A DNA stretch of 64,000 bases from Promethearchaeota archaeon (GCA_030603385.1 JAUVXW010000017.1:8448-72447); one strand, 5' to 3'. Shown: positions 29,064 to 38,407, counted from the stretch's first letter. Numbers and translations: made by a program. Notes: generated by a model from the sequence alone, not told the origin.

Positions 29064-30263
29064 ATGAAGAAGAAAGGTATAGTAATTCTTATAATATCTG
29101 TTATAGTTATCGGTATATCGGGATATTTCATCATCCCCAAACTTTTAGAAGAAGACTTATTTGGTGATGAATTCTTTGATCCAGGTATTAGATATGATTG
29201 GGATCGTTTAGATTATATGGACGTGATTTTTGAGAATGAATCAGATATATATACTGTGAATGGTGCATGGTCTACTACAAATAGTTGCCCTTGGGTAATG
29301 GCTCATCTTGGATTTGATTTTGCTTTAGTTAACAACTCAAAAGTTCTTGCTGCTGCTCTAGGGCAAGTTAGCCACATTCGACTAATGGATTGGGGCAATG
29401 AAACAGAAAATAGGTATATGATAGGAGTGAATATTAGATTTAATGACAGCGTTTATGTAAACTATGGATTCGAACCTTGGACTATTGATATCAATGATCA
29501 CGAACATCAACAAAGATTAATTAATGTAAGCATAGGAGATTGGGTTGAGATTGGTCAAGAAATAGGTAGGTTCTTACAGATTGGTCATGGTGCACACATT
29601 CACTTTGATGTTATAGAAGATGATGTAAGAACTCGACTTGATAGATATTATTCTTCAGAGGGTTATAATCGAATGATGGATTTAGTGCATATTTGGCATC
29701 CTGAATGGCCATACCTGTGCTATGATGAAAATACACCATTAGATTATGTGAATACAACTTTTAGTTCAATATTAAATATAAACGATGTTCAAAAAGGTTA
29801 TTCAAATACAACTGAGTGTCCATGGGGTTCTATACACTTAGGATTTGATTTTTATTTTAAGAACAACAGTAGGATATACTCAGCAGCGCCTGGACTCGTA
29901 AAATCAATCAACCTAATAGATCGTGGATCTGGTAGTAATCAATATGCGATTAATATAACAATACAATTTAACGATGAAATTCAATGTGAATATATATTTG
30001 AGCTATGGACAAGTAATATTAATCATGTAAATACTCAAATGTTAAAATTATTTATTACTGAAGGGGAATGGATAATGTTAGGATGGGGTATAGGTGATTT
30101 TCATCAAGTTAACATAACCTACTCTCATGTCCATTTTGCTATACGGGAAAACGGTGAATACTTTCCCCTCACCAATTATTTCTCTACAACAGCGTCTAAT
30201 ATTATGTTAAATTTAGTAAAAACACATAATTCTTCCTGGAATTATTGGTGTTATACTGGTTAA
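29064..30263 (+). CDS. Membrane-anchored protein with two tandem M23 (LytM)-like metallopeptidase domains
   Basis: N-terminal TM. Domain 1 has AHLGFDFAL (HxGxD) and GAHIHFDV (HxH). Domain 2 has IHLGFDFYF and YSHVHFAI. Many N-x-S/T sequons. Confidence 0.55.
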   Translation: MKKKGIVILIISVIVIGISGYFIIPKLLEEDLFGDEFFDPGIRYDWDRLDYMDVIFENESDIYTVNGAWSTTNSCPWVMAHLGFDFALVNNSKVLAAALGQVSHIRLMDWGNETENRYMIGVNIRFNDSVYVNYGFEPWTIDINDHEHQQRLINVSIGDWVEIGQEIGRFLQIGHGAHIHFDVIEDDVRTRLDRYYSSEGYNRMMDLVHIWHPEWPYLCYDENTPLDYVNTTFSSILNINDVQKGYSNTTECPWGSIHLGFDFYFKNNSRIYSAAPGLVKSINLIDRGSGSNQYAINITIQFNDEIQCEYIFELWTSNINHVNTQMLKLFITEGEWIMLGWGIGDFHQVNITYSHVHFAIRENGEYFPLTNYFSTTASNIMLNLVKTHNSSWNYWCYTG

Positions 30264-30301
30264 CCATGGCCCTAAATAATTAAAAATTATTTTTGGTGTT
30301 T

Positions 30302-31354
30302 TTAATATTCTTCATCTAGATTTACAACATTAAGAAAATCATTTCGTCCTTGAGCCATCCGCTTTATATTTTCGATTACCTCATCCCATCTTAATAAATC
30401 ATTGAAAGGAGAATATCCCCTATGAGGGGAGAGTACTATGTTATCAAGAGAATGAAAGGGAAAGTGAAAGGGAAATTTTTTACCTTTTTCATCACTCTTA
30501 GGTGTATAATCATACCATACGTCAATGGCAGCGCCAGTTATAATTTTATCCTTTAAGGAAATGTAGAGGCTTTCCTCATCTATAATGTCTCCACGAGCAA
30601 TATTTATTACTAATCCTTCCTTTCCTAGAAGCTCCAATTCTTTTTTCTTAATTAATTTCCTCGTCACTGACGTCAATGGAACCCCAATAATTAAAATTTC
30701 AATATCCTTTAGAAATTCATGAAGTTGAGAAAACTCATATTTATTTGCTTTTGTTGGTAAAGGGGATGTTTGCTTCTTCCAGTGTTTTCTTAATATTGAA
30801 AATTCAATGTCAAATCCACTTAAAAATCGATGAATTTTCTGATTAATTGCTCCATATCCAAGAAATCCTACTCTTTTGAATCGCATTGGAATAGATCTTG
30901 TATCACTATCTCCAGTTCTCCATTTTCCCTCACACATCCATTCATGGTGGGGGATAGTTTTATTCATTAGAGTTAATAAAAGAGCCACAGCATGTTGAGC
31001 AACAAAATAGGAATTTCCATGTCCATTGATAAGCAAAATTTCTCTTTCTTCATTTACTTCTCTAAACAAGTCTAATAAATGTTGAACTCCTGCTCCTGGG
31101 TTTATAAATAATTTCGTTTTAACAGCATTAGACAATATTTCTTTTGATGGGCGCCACCCTATTAAGATATCAGCATTTGAGATTAGATCTGATAGATTTT
31201 TATCTGAGGTTTTAGTTCGAAACATAAGATTTACATTCTTAAAATCTTGTAATTTTTCTGAGATGTATATTCTTGCTGGATCTGGTATGGATGATATAAA
31301 GCAAACAGAAACATTCTTTACTTGCTGATTTAAAAGATTATTTGATTTCTTCAT
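30302..31354 (-). CDS. D-isomer-specific 2-hydroxyacid dehydrogenase family protein
   Basis: NAD-binding VGFLGYGAINQKI; catalytic-region blocks NIARGDIIDEESL and LSPHRG. Confidence 0.85.
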   Translation of the reverse strand: MKKSNNLLNQQVKNVSVCFISSIPDPARIYISEKLQDFKNVNLMFRTKTSDKNLSDLISNADILIGWRPSKEILSNAVKTKLFINPGAGVQHLLDLFREVNEEREILLINGHGNSYFVAQHAVALLLTLMNKTIPHHEWMCEGKWRTGDSDTRSIPMRFKRVGFLGYGAINQKIHRFLSGFDIEFSILRKHWKKQTSPLPTKANKYEFSQLHEFLKDIEILIIGVPLTSVTRKLIKKKELELLGKEGLVINIARGDIIDEESLYISLKDKIITGAAIDVWYDYTPKSDEKGKKFPFHFPFHSLDNIVLSPHRGYSPFNDLLRWDEVIENIKRMAQGRNDFLNVVNLDEEY

Positions 31355-31507
31355 AATTTTATGCCTAATTAATTAAGTTTTTAGGAGAGAAAAATAATTT
31401 TTTCTTAATTTTCGATAAATAAGGGATTCAAATAAATTTTTATATGCATTCCGTTGCTATATTTATAAATACCTATTATACAAAATTAGATAATAAAGGT
31501 AAAAGAA

Positions 31508-32944
31508 GTGTCAGAACAGAAACTTTTTCAAGTGTTCCAAAATATGCTGGAATTTGATCCCGCGGATTACTTAGTATCTAGTGAAGAACATGAACTTACA
31601 GATTTTCAGAAAAAAGTTATTGAAAATGCAACTGCGATAATGAAAGACAATATTATTGGCGAAGTTAAATCATTCGGGGGTAACTTAAAGGTCAATGAGG
31701 AAAAATTTAAAGAACTTGAAAATAGAGCAAATGAAGAATTAGAGAACGAGCAATACGACGATTTAAAGAAGGAATTGAAGAGTTACGTTAAAAAGTTACG
31801 AGAACTAATTGAAAAGACATGTGTCGCGATAATACCTGTAAAAGAAATGCCTTGGGTAGATGTTTTATTTCGAACAGTCCCTCGTATAGTTTTTGATAAG
31901 AAAGTAGAGTTTTTAGATAATACTATTGCATATTACGGGGAAATTAAGTGTGTTATCTCACGTTCCACTATCTTTGGTAAAATGAAGGATGAAAAACCCT
32001 TATTTGCTCCAATAATGGGGACTATTGATTTAGGAGGTTATAAACTCGATGAGGCTCAAAAAGGTTCTAAGTCTAAAGTTTATTCTTATGTAAGTGCCAT
32101 AATTGATTCCTTTGATTCCACATTAACAAGAAATCATCTTGCGAAATATCATGAAGCTTATCAAAGACATGGGGATCCTATTTGTGATTTTTTAATGAAG
32201 GATAATGAACTAATGAATTCAATGGAAAGAATCACTTCCGGTATTGAGTCAAATCGACTTTCTTCGGATATTGCAGTCTTTAGTATAGCAATACCTCAAA
32301 ATGCTGATAAAACTACTTTATTAGTAGTTGTTGACGAAGGGAAAGATTCAAACCAATTTTCAAGATGTTTTGAAGCTTTATTAAGATTTTCTGCTGAAGG
32401 TTGTAATGTCCCTTCTACTGGCACACCTACTCAACAACCACAAGCACCAGGACAACCTCAACCCCAACAACCTGGCACCGTGAGAACTCCCGGAGGTCAG
32501 GAACTTAAAGTGTGGTCTGCTGAAGAACTTGCATCAGAGGCTCAAAAGAGAATGCAATCTCAACCAGATGTACCTGTATGGACAGAAGAGGAATTAAATA
32601 AATTTTCTAGCGAACGTGGAACTGGTTTACCTGAAGGTATGGAAGTTTGGACTGAGGAAGATTTACAAGAATTAGCTCAAAAACGGCAGGGAGGTTTAGA
32701 TATTCCTGAATGGAAACCTGATAAAAATATGAAAGAATGTGTAAAATGCGGATATGCATTAAGACCTGGATGGAGTAAATGTCCTCATTGTGAAACACCT
32801 GTGGGTACTAAAATTGAATCTGAATCAAGTGAGACGCCGAGTTCAGACCAAAGTGAAGAATCAGAGGATGAATCTGACGAGATCAAAGAAGAAATACCTG
32901 AAGAAATATCTGAAGAAGAACCTGAAGAAAAAAAGGAAGAGTAA
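31508..32944 (+). CDS. Uncharacterised protein: globular N-domain, P/Q linker, triple W-x-EE-L repeat, zinc ribbon, acidic tail
   Basis: GTG start. PTQQPQAPGQPQPQQPG. Three copies of VW[ST][AE]E[ED]L. CVKCG...CPHCE. C-terminal E/S/D-rich tail. Confidence 0.6.
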   Translation: MSEQKLFQVFQNMLEFDPADYLVSSEEHELTDFQKKVIENATAIMKDNIIGEVKSFGGNLKVNEEKFKELENRANEELENEQYDDLKKELKSYVKKLRELIEKTCVAIIPVKEMPWVDVLFRTVPRIVFDKKVEFLDNTIAYYGEIKCVISRSTIFGKMKDEKPLFAPIMGTIDLGGYKLDEAQKGSKSKVYSYVSAIIDSFDSTLTRNHLAKYHEAYQRHGDPICDFLMKDNELMNSMERITSGIESNRLSSDIAVFSIAIPQNADKTTLLVVVDEGKDSNQFSRCFEALLRFSAEGCNVPSTGTPTQQPQAPGQPQPQQPGTVRTPGGQELKVWSAEELASEAQKRMQSQPDVPVWTEEELNKFSSERGTGLPEGMEVWTEEDLQELAQKRQGGLDIPEWKPDKNMKECVKCGYALRPGWSKCPHCETPVGTKIESESSETPSSDQSEESEDESDEIKEEIPEEISEEEPEEKKEE

Positions 32945-33125
32945 TCACTATTATTTTTTTCTCGAATTTTTATAATTTTGTTCATTTATAAATAACAAAA
33001 GAGTTATTATCTTTTATAAGTTAAACCGAAAACTTTAAAAGTGTACAAAGTCTGCAAGATTCCAAACTTTTTTTAAATAGCCTTTATTTTCAACCTTATA
33101 GGAATTAAGAATTTCGGAAATTTAA

Positions 33126-34157
33126 TTGCTACATAATATCTTTTTATTTAAGGGAAAGAAAGATCTGGAGGATCTTAATATTTATTGTTACCCTAAAGAA
33201 ATTATTAATGTAAACAATAAACTACTTGTTAATAATATCATAAAAGGGCATGATCAAGGAAAAATAAATGATAGAAAAGAATTACTTTCAAGCTGTAATA
33301 ATTTAAATCATTATAAAATTGATAAACCAGTTGCCCTATATATTAATGATTACAATATCTACACTTCTTGTATTGATGAGGATATTATCATAGGTTTAAT
33401 CTTTGAAGATGATGATAACCCTTACGATTATAAAGATATTTTTGAAGAATTATTGTGTGAATTGCTGAACAACGGCAATGGATATTCGTTCGAGGAAGAG
33501 ATGGAAATAGATAATTTATTAATCTCAATGTTCATTGATCTTCGAAGATATGGAGATGAAGTTGTAGAAAAAACTCCAGAAATAGAATTTTATTACCAGA
33601 GAGAGGCATTTTTTAAGGTATTCCTATTTGGAATTGATGAAGTTGGAAAAACAAGTTTTGTACGAAGGTTAAAAACTGGAGAATTCAATGAAAATTATTT
33701 CACTCCAACAAGAAAGTTTAATATAGAATACATTCAAGAAGAAGAACGAGGATTACTGGCTGTATGGGACATGCCAGGGCAAGAACTTTTCAGATCAAAA
33801 TGGCTTAAAGGGTTACAAGATTCTAATATTATTGTATATATGATAGATATCGCAAATCAGAGAAGATTTAAAGAATCAAAGAAAGAATTATGGAAAATCT
33901 TGAATAATAATGAATTGAATGGCATTCCATTATTGATCTTGGGAAATAAAAGTGATATAATCAAATATTCAGATGAAAATTATGAGACCCAACTTCAGAA
34001 TTTAAAGGAAGAAGTTATTGATTATTTTGACTTTGAAAAAGTGGAGAATAGGAATTGGAAATTCATTTTTACCTCAGTAAAAACCAATCACAACATTGAG
34101 AAAACAGTTCAAACGATCTTCGATTTGATATCAAATTATGAGCATATCCAAAAATAA
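33126..34157 (+). CDS. Arf-family-like small GTPase with a longin-like N-terminal domain
   Basis: C-terminal G domain: G1 LFGIDEVGKTSF, G3 WDMPGQELFRSKW (Arf-type W..GQ...R..W), G4 LGNKSD, G5 TSVKT. The first ~165 aa alternate short beta and helix segments (NIFLFKG / NIYCYP / ... / IIIGLIFED / YKDIFEELLCELL). TTG start directly follows an in-frame stop. Confidence 0.8.
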   Translation: MLHNIFLFKGKKDLEDLNIYCYPKEIINVNNKLLVNNIIKGHDQGKINDRKELLSSCNNLNHYKIDKPVALYINDYNIYTSCIDEDIIIGLIFEDDDNPYDYKDIFEELLCELLNNGNGYSFEEEMEIDNLLISMFIDLRRYGDEVVEKTPEIEFYYQREAFFKVFLFGIDEVGKTSFVRRLKTGEFNENYFTPTRKFNIEYIQEEERGLLAVWDMPGQELFRSKWLKGLQDSNIIVYMIDIANQRRFKESKKELWKILNNNELNGIPLLILGNKSDIIKYSDENYETQLQNLKEEVIDYFDFEKVENRNWKFIFTSVKTNHNIEKTVQTIFDLISNYEHIQK

Positions 34158-34299
34158 AGCGCTCTATTCTGGTAAATTTTGAAAAAAATTGATTTAATCA
34201 TTAAATTTAAATATCTAGGCATTTAAATTTCTATTATACGAAATAACAACTTTAGAAAGAATTATTAAACCTCCGTGAATATTGAAATAGGGGAAATGT

Positions 34300-34893
34300 A
34301 TGTCGAAAAGACTGAAAAAAGCGCTCCAAATAATGATAGATGAAAAAGAGGGGCACTTGTTTTTTGGAGATAAAAAGAAGGATTTAAAATTATTAATGCT
34401 ACGACCTATTGATTTAATTGAATTCTCTGAATTTGCTGGCACAAATGCTGATGATATACTTATCTGGGTTGGTAAGTCATTAGGAAGAACTTTTATGGAA
34501 AAGTTTTTCTACAGTAAAGACTGGGGGAGTGAGACTATGCCAACTAGAAAAGGTGTATTTCTAGGATCACTTGAAGCCTTAGAACTTATGGGATATGGAC
34601 AAATAATAGGCAAATTTAGAAAAGATCATATCTTAATCGAAGTGGAAGATTCGATTGCATGTGAGGAAACTGACAACATTATGGCCAAAAATCTGTGCCT
34701 ATTATACCTAGGAATCTTCAGTGGATTATTTGATATCTTACAAATGGATGTAGATGGAGAAGAAATCGGATGCGCCTTATTAGAAGAAGAAAAATGTACA
34801 TTTAAATTTGATTTTATTGGTGGAGAACTGGAAACTGGTTTAATTGATGAAGAATCTGAAGAAAATGTTTCTGAGTTTTTATCTACTCTTTAA
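34300..34893 (+). CDS. V4R-domain protein (4-vinyl reductase / TRAPP Bet3-related fold)
   Basis: Collinear with remembered V4R proteins: LKLLMLRPIDLIEF, ILIWVGKSLGRTFMEKF, LELMGYGQIIGKF..ILIEVEDSIACE, NLCLLYLGIFSGLFDIL, and GCALLEEEKCTFKFDF (the conserved Cys pair). Confidence 0.6.
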   Translation: MSKRLKKALQIMIDEKEGHLFFGDKKKDLKLLMLRPIDLIEFSEFAGTNADDILIWVGKSLGRTFMEKFFYSKDWGSETMPTRKGVFLGSLEALELMGYGQIIGKFRKDHILIEVEDSIACEETDNIMAKNLCLLYLGIFSGLFDILQMDVDGEEIGCALLEEEKCTFKFDFIGGELETGLIDEESEENVSEFLSTL

Positions 34894-35169
34894 GCATATA
34901 TAGTGTTTCTAAATTTATTTCTCTTGAAACCCATTCTATTATTTTAACTAATGATTTATAGGCATCTAATTTAGTTAAAGTTATTTGTTGAAAGGTTTGG
35001 AAAAGAACCAGGATGTTCTATTGAAATATCGTTATTATAAGATTGAGTAAAATATGTGAGAACCAAAAGATTCATAACTAGCCCTGTAATCCACAAGAAT
35101 TTAAATCATAATACATAAAATAACCTATTAATATAGAATAAAAAAATAACAATTCGGAGAAAATAGAAA

Positions 35170-35460
35170 ATGGGAAAAAAAGAAGACGGTCAAGAGAACT
35201 CAGTCTTCGTAGGCCGTCGTCCTACGATGAATTATGTAATGGCAGTGATGATGATCTTGAATAAAGAAGAAGATTGTACTGTAAAGGCTCGCGGCAGAGC
35301 GATTTCTCACGCCGTCGATATTTGTGAGATTTTAAAAAATCGCTTTTTGAAAGGAACGGAATATAAAGAGATTCGCATTTCTACGGAGCAACTTAAGAGC
35401 GAGGATGGTCGTGAAAATAATGTAAGCTCAATAGAGATCGTTCTCTCACCTCCGGGATAA
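35170..35460 (+). CDS. albA: Alba DNA/RNA-binding chromatin protein
   Basis: 96 aa. NSVFVGRRPTMNYVMAVMMIL...VKARGRAISHAVDICEILKNRF...SSIEIVLS matches the Alba fold signature. Confidence 0.9.
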   Translation: MGKKEDGQENSVFVGRRPTMNYVMAVMMILNKEEDCTVKARGRAISHAVDICEILKNRFLKGTEYKEIRISTEQLKSEDGRENNVSSIEIVLSPPG

Positions 35461-35464
35461 AAAG

Positions 35465-35480
35465 AATTCGAATTTTTTTT
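35465..35480 (+). terminator. Short palindrome plus T8 tract after alba
   Basis: AATTCGAATT (35465-35474) runs into TTTTTTTT (35473-35480), 5 nt after the alba stop. Oligo-T is the archaeal termination signal. Confidence 0.4.
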
Positions 35481-35849
35481 AGGATTAAATGATTCAATTA
35501 AGTTGACATTCACTTTCAACCTTTTTTTTTGTACTAATCTTTTACCTCGTCAAGTTCTAGGGTTATAGGAGTGTGTCTTTTATGATTTACTTTAAAAAGT
35601 TTTATAAGATTTTGATTCGAGAGTATTAATTTTTGTCGGAAGAGGTTGAATAAACTAAATTTTCTAAACTAAGTTTTTATTTCTTATTTAATTGTTACAT
35701 TATTGAGGACATTTCTGAAAAGTAGCCTTACATCACACTAGTAAACTTTCCGATGTTCTTGAATTGCTATATTTATCGAGGATAGTAGTTCTTAAAGCAA
35801 ATTACAGTGTGTAAAAGTTTTATGATACCCTATTGTTTATAGAAATGAA

Positions 35850-35867
35850 AGTGTGAAGTTTCACACT
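35850..35867. promoter_or_regulatory. 18-bp inverted repeat AGTGTGAA-GT-TTCACACT upstream of cdhA (candidate operator)
   Basis: Perfect 8-bp arms with a 2-nt spacer, about 140 nt upstream of the cdhA ATG. Related half-sites lie at 35733-35739 (TCACACT) and 35806-35813 (AGTGTGTA). Confidence 0.4.
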
Positions 35868-36007
35868 AAATCTAAATAACTTGATTGCTGATAATCTTTT
35901 TAAAAGTTAATCAATAGCTTTTATTTTCATGGATTAATTATTACAAATATACTATAAATTATGATTAAAAAAATCAGATTAAAAAAATTAGAAAAAATGA
36001 TGCAAAA

Positions 36008-38356
36008 ATGAGTAGAAAAGCTGCAAAAATTAAAATTGATGAATATAAAGGGCCACTCGGAACTATAAAAGGATTTGAACTAACAACCGGTAAAATATCA
36101 TATGGTGATGAAACTGAATGGGAACCACTTGGACCGACAGCCTCACCTCATATACCTACACTGCGATCATGGTTTTTTAAGATGATGGAAAGGTACAAAC
36201 CGTTTTATATGCCAATCTGTGATATGTGCTGTTTATGCACTTACGGTAAATGTAACCTTTCTAAAGGCCGAACAGGTGCGTGTGGTATTAATATAGAAGG
36301 TGCATGCGCAAAAATAGTGGAGATTGCCTGTTGTATAGGTGCAGCGTGCCACTCGGCTCATGGTGATCATCTACTACATTGGCTAAAACAGAAATATGGA
36401 AATGTGCCAATTAATTTTGGAAACAATATCGCTGTAGAGATGCCACATACTCGATTAGTAGTTGGGATGAAACCTGAGACGCTTGAGGATTTAGAGACTG
36501 CGATGGAGTGGGTACAAAGCACTATCACGCATCTCTTAGCCGCGGGTCACACGGGTCAAGAGTCAAATTATTTAGATTATGAGGCTAAAAGCTTTTTAGC
36601 AGGACTAGCAGATTCTGTAGGCATGGAAATTTCCGACGCAGTGCAGATTGCGGCGTATGGGTTTCCACTGGGTGATCCAGATGTCCCAATCGTAGAATTA
36701 GGAATGGGCACTATGGATAGTGAAAATAAAGCGACAATTTTAATGATAGGTCATAATGTTGCCCCTGGTGTAGAACTTGTTGATTACATGAGAGAAAATA
36801 ACTTGGATAGTAAAGTAGATGTAGGTGCAATTTGTTGTACTGCATTAGATTTAACTAGATACTATTCTGGTGCTAAAATCGTTGGTTCTCTCTCCCGTCA
36901 GATGTTTTACATTCGCTCTGGTCTAGCCGATGTCGTAATGGTTGATGAACAATGCGTTAATCTTCGCAGTCACGAGCAAGCAGCATTAGTAAATGCTCCG
37001 TTTATTGCGACAAATGAAAAAAATATGGGCGGATTACCTGATCGAACTAATGATCCTGCTGAAGAAATAATAGATGATTTAGTTAGTGGCAAAATGGATG
37101 GAGTATTAATCCTAGATCCAGTAAAGGCAGGAAAAGTTGCTGTTGAAACGGCTATTAAAGTAAGACCTATAAGAAAGTCTAAAAGTGCCATCCCTGATGA
37201 GCAAGGCTGTATTGATATGGCAATGAATTGTAATGGTTGTGGCAATTGTCAGAGAAATTGTCCAAACGATTTACCTATTGTTGAAGGTGTTGTAATGGTA
37301 AAAGATGGTGATTTCTCATTATTAGAAGAAGTATATGATTCTTGTCTGGATTGTGGTAGGTGTGAAGCCGAATGTATGAAAGAAGTATCTCCTTTAACTT
37401 TAATCATGTATGCGGGAAGGGAAAAAATTCGAAATGAAAAATATAATTGTAGATCTGGTCGCGGACCAATTATGGACACAGAAATCCGTAATGTCGGTGC
37501 TCCTATTGTGTTAGGAGAAATACCCGGTATTATCGCAATTATAGGATGTGCTAATTATGCTAAAGATATCCAAGAATTATACTTGTTGGCAGAAGAATTC
37601 TTAATTAGAAATTATATAGTCTGTGTTAGTGGGTGTGCTGCTATGGATATTGGATTAGTCAAGGATGAAGAGGGTAAAACACTTTACGATCGATTCCCTG
37701 GAGATTTTGACCGTGGAGGCTTAGTAAACGTTGGCTCATGTGTTTCGAATCCACACATAACTGGAGCAGCACTAAAAGTCGCTAATATCTTCGCGAGACG
37801 CCCTCTAAGGGGTAATTTTGAAGAGATTGCCGATTATGTTCTTAATCGTGTAGGTGCAGTCGGTGTTGCGTGGGGTGCGATGTCCCAGAAAGCCGCGAGT
37901 ATCGCGAGTATGGCTAATGGAGTAGGAGTTCCTGCAGTATGCGGGCCACATTCAGCAGAATATCGACGTATGTATATTGGGCGTTCTGATGATGAAGACA
38001 CTTGGAAGGTTTTTAATGCAAGAGATGGAACAGAAGGTCATCTAGTAGGACCCGGACCAGAACACTTATTAACAACTGCAGAAAGTATTGAACAAGCGAT
38101 CTGCCTTGTTGCTAAATTATGCCTGAGGCCAGCAGATAACTCTAAAGGGAGAATGATTAAACTTTCTCACTGGATTGATTTAGAGAGAAAATACAAAGGA
38201 GTTCAATTTCCTAATGACTTAGAGAGATTTATACGTGTTGAAGCAGATATACCAATTGCTATAAAAGATGAAGTAAAGGCATTTCTCGAAGAGAGAGGTT
38301 GGGAACCAAAAGAAATCATCGATCCAACCTTATTAAAAAGGCTCTGCCGAACATAA
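36008..38356 (+). CDS. cdhA: Acetyl-CoA decarbonylase/synthase complex subunit alpha (CODH catalytic subunit)
   Basis: 782 aa. N-terminal Cys cluster CDMCCLCTYGKC, an inserted 2x[4Fe-4S] ferredoxin module (CNGCGNCQRNCP; CLDCGRCEAEC), and C-cluster-region blocks (GCANYA, SGCAAMD, VGSCVSNPH). Confidence 0.9.
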   Translation: MSRKAAKIKIDEYKGPLGTIKGFELTTGKISYGDETEWEPLGPTASPHIPTLRSWFFKMMERYKPFYMPICDMCCLCTYGKCNLSKGRTGACGINIEGACAKIVEIACCIGAACHSAHGDHLLHWLKQKYGNVPINFGNNIAVEMPHTRLVVGMKPETLEDLETAMEWVQSTITHLLAAGHTGQESNYLDYEAKSFLAGLADSVGMEISDAVQIAAYGFPLGDPDVPIVELGMGTMDSENKATILMIGHNVAPGVELVDYMRENNLDSKVDVGAICCTALDLTRYYSGAKIVGSLSRQMFYIRSGLADVVMVDEQCVNLRSHEQAALVNAPFIATNEKNMGGLPDRTNDPAEEIIDDLVSGKMDGVLILDPVKAGKVAVETAIKVRPIRKSKSAIPDEQGCIDMAMNCNGCGNCQRNCPNDLPIVEGVVMVKDGDFSLLEEVYDSCLDCGRCEAECMKEVSPLTLIMYAGREKIRNEKYNCRSGRGPIMDTEIRNVGAPIVLGEIPGIIAIIGCANYAKDIQELYLLAEEFLIRNYIVCVSGCAAMDIGLVKDEEGKTLYDRFPGDFDRGGLVNVGSCVSNPHITGAALKVANIFARRPLRGNFEEIADYVLNRVGAVGVAWGAMSQKAASIASMANGVGVPAVCGPHSAEYRRMYIGRSDDEDTWKVFNARDGTEGHLVGPGPEHLLTTAESIEQAICLVAKLCLRPADNSKGRMIKLSHWIDLERKYKGVQFPNDLERFIRVEADIPIAIKDEVKAFLEERGWEPKEIIDPTLLKRLCRT

Positions 38357-38360
38357 TTTA

Positions 38361-38407
38361 ATTTTCTTTATTATTTTTCTTTTTTATTTTTTAGATTTTA
38401 TTTTTTA
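38361..38407 (+). terminator. Extended oligo-T region after cdhA
   Basis: attttctttattatttttcttttttattttttagattttatttttt contains several T5-T6 runs, beginning 5 nt after the TAA stop. Confidence 0.35.

Noticed and set aside
32785-32985. Two overlapping short ORFs (32785..32985 minus and 32790..32975 plus) at the 3' end of 31508..32944
   Set aside because: Artefacts of the GAA/GAT-rich acidic-tail coding repeat, which is open in several frames.
34215-34442. 75-aa minus-strand ORF overlapping the V4R gene start
   Set aside because: The plus-strand V4R frame is supported by domain-wide collinearity. The minus-strand ORF is featureless.
35961-36011. 16-codon uORF (MIKKIRLKKLEKMMQK) overlapping the cdhA ATG by ATGA
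   Set aside because: Short A-rich ORFs arise by chance in this composition. There is no SD or conservation evidence. It is not reported as a feature.
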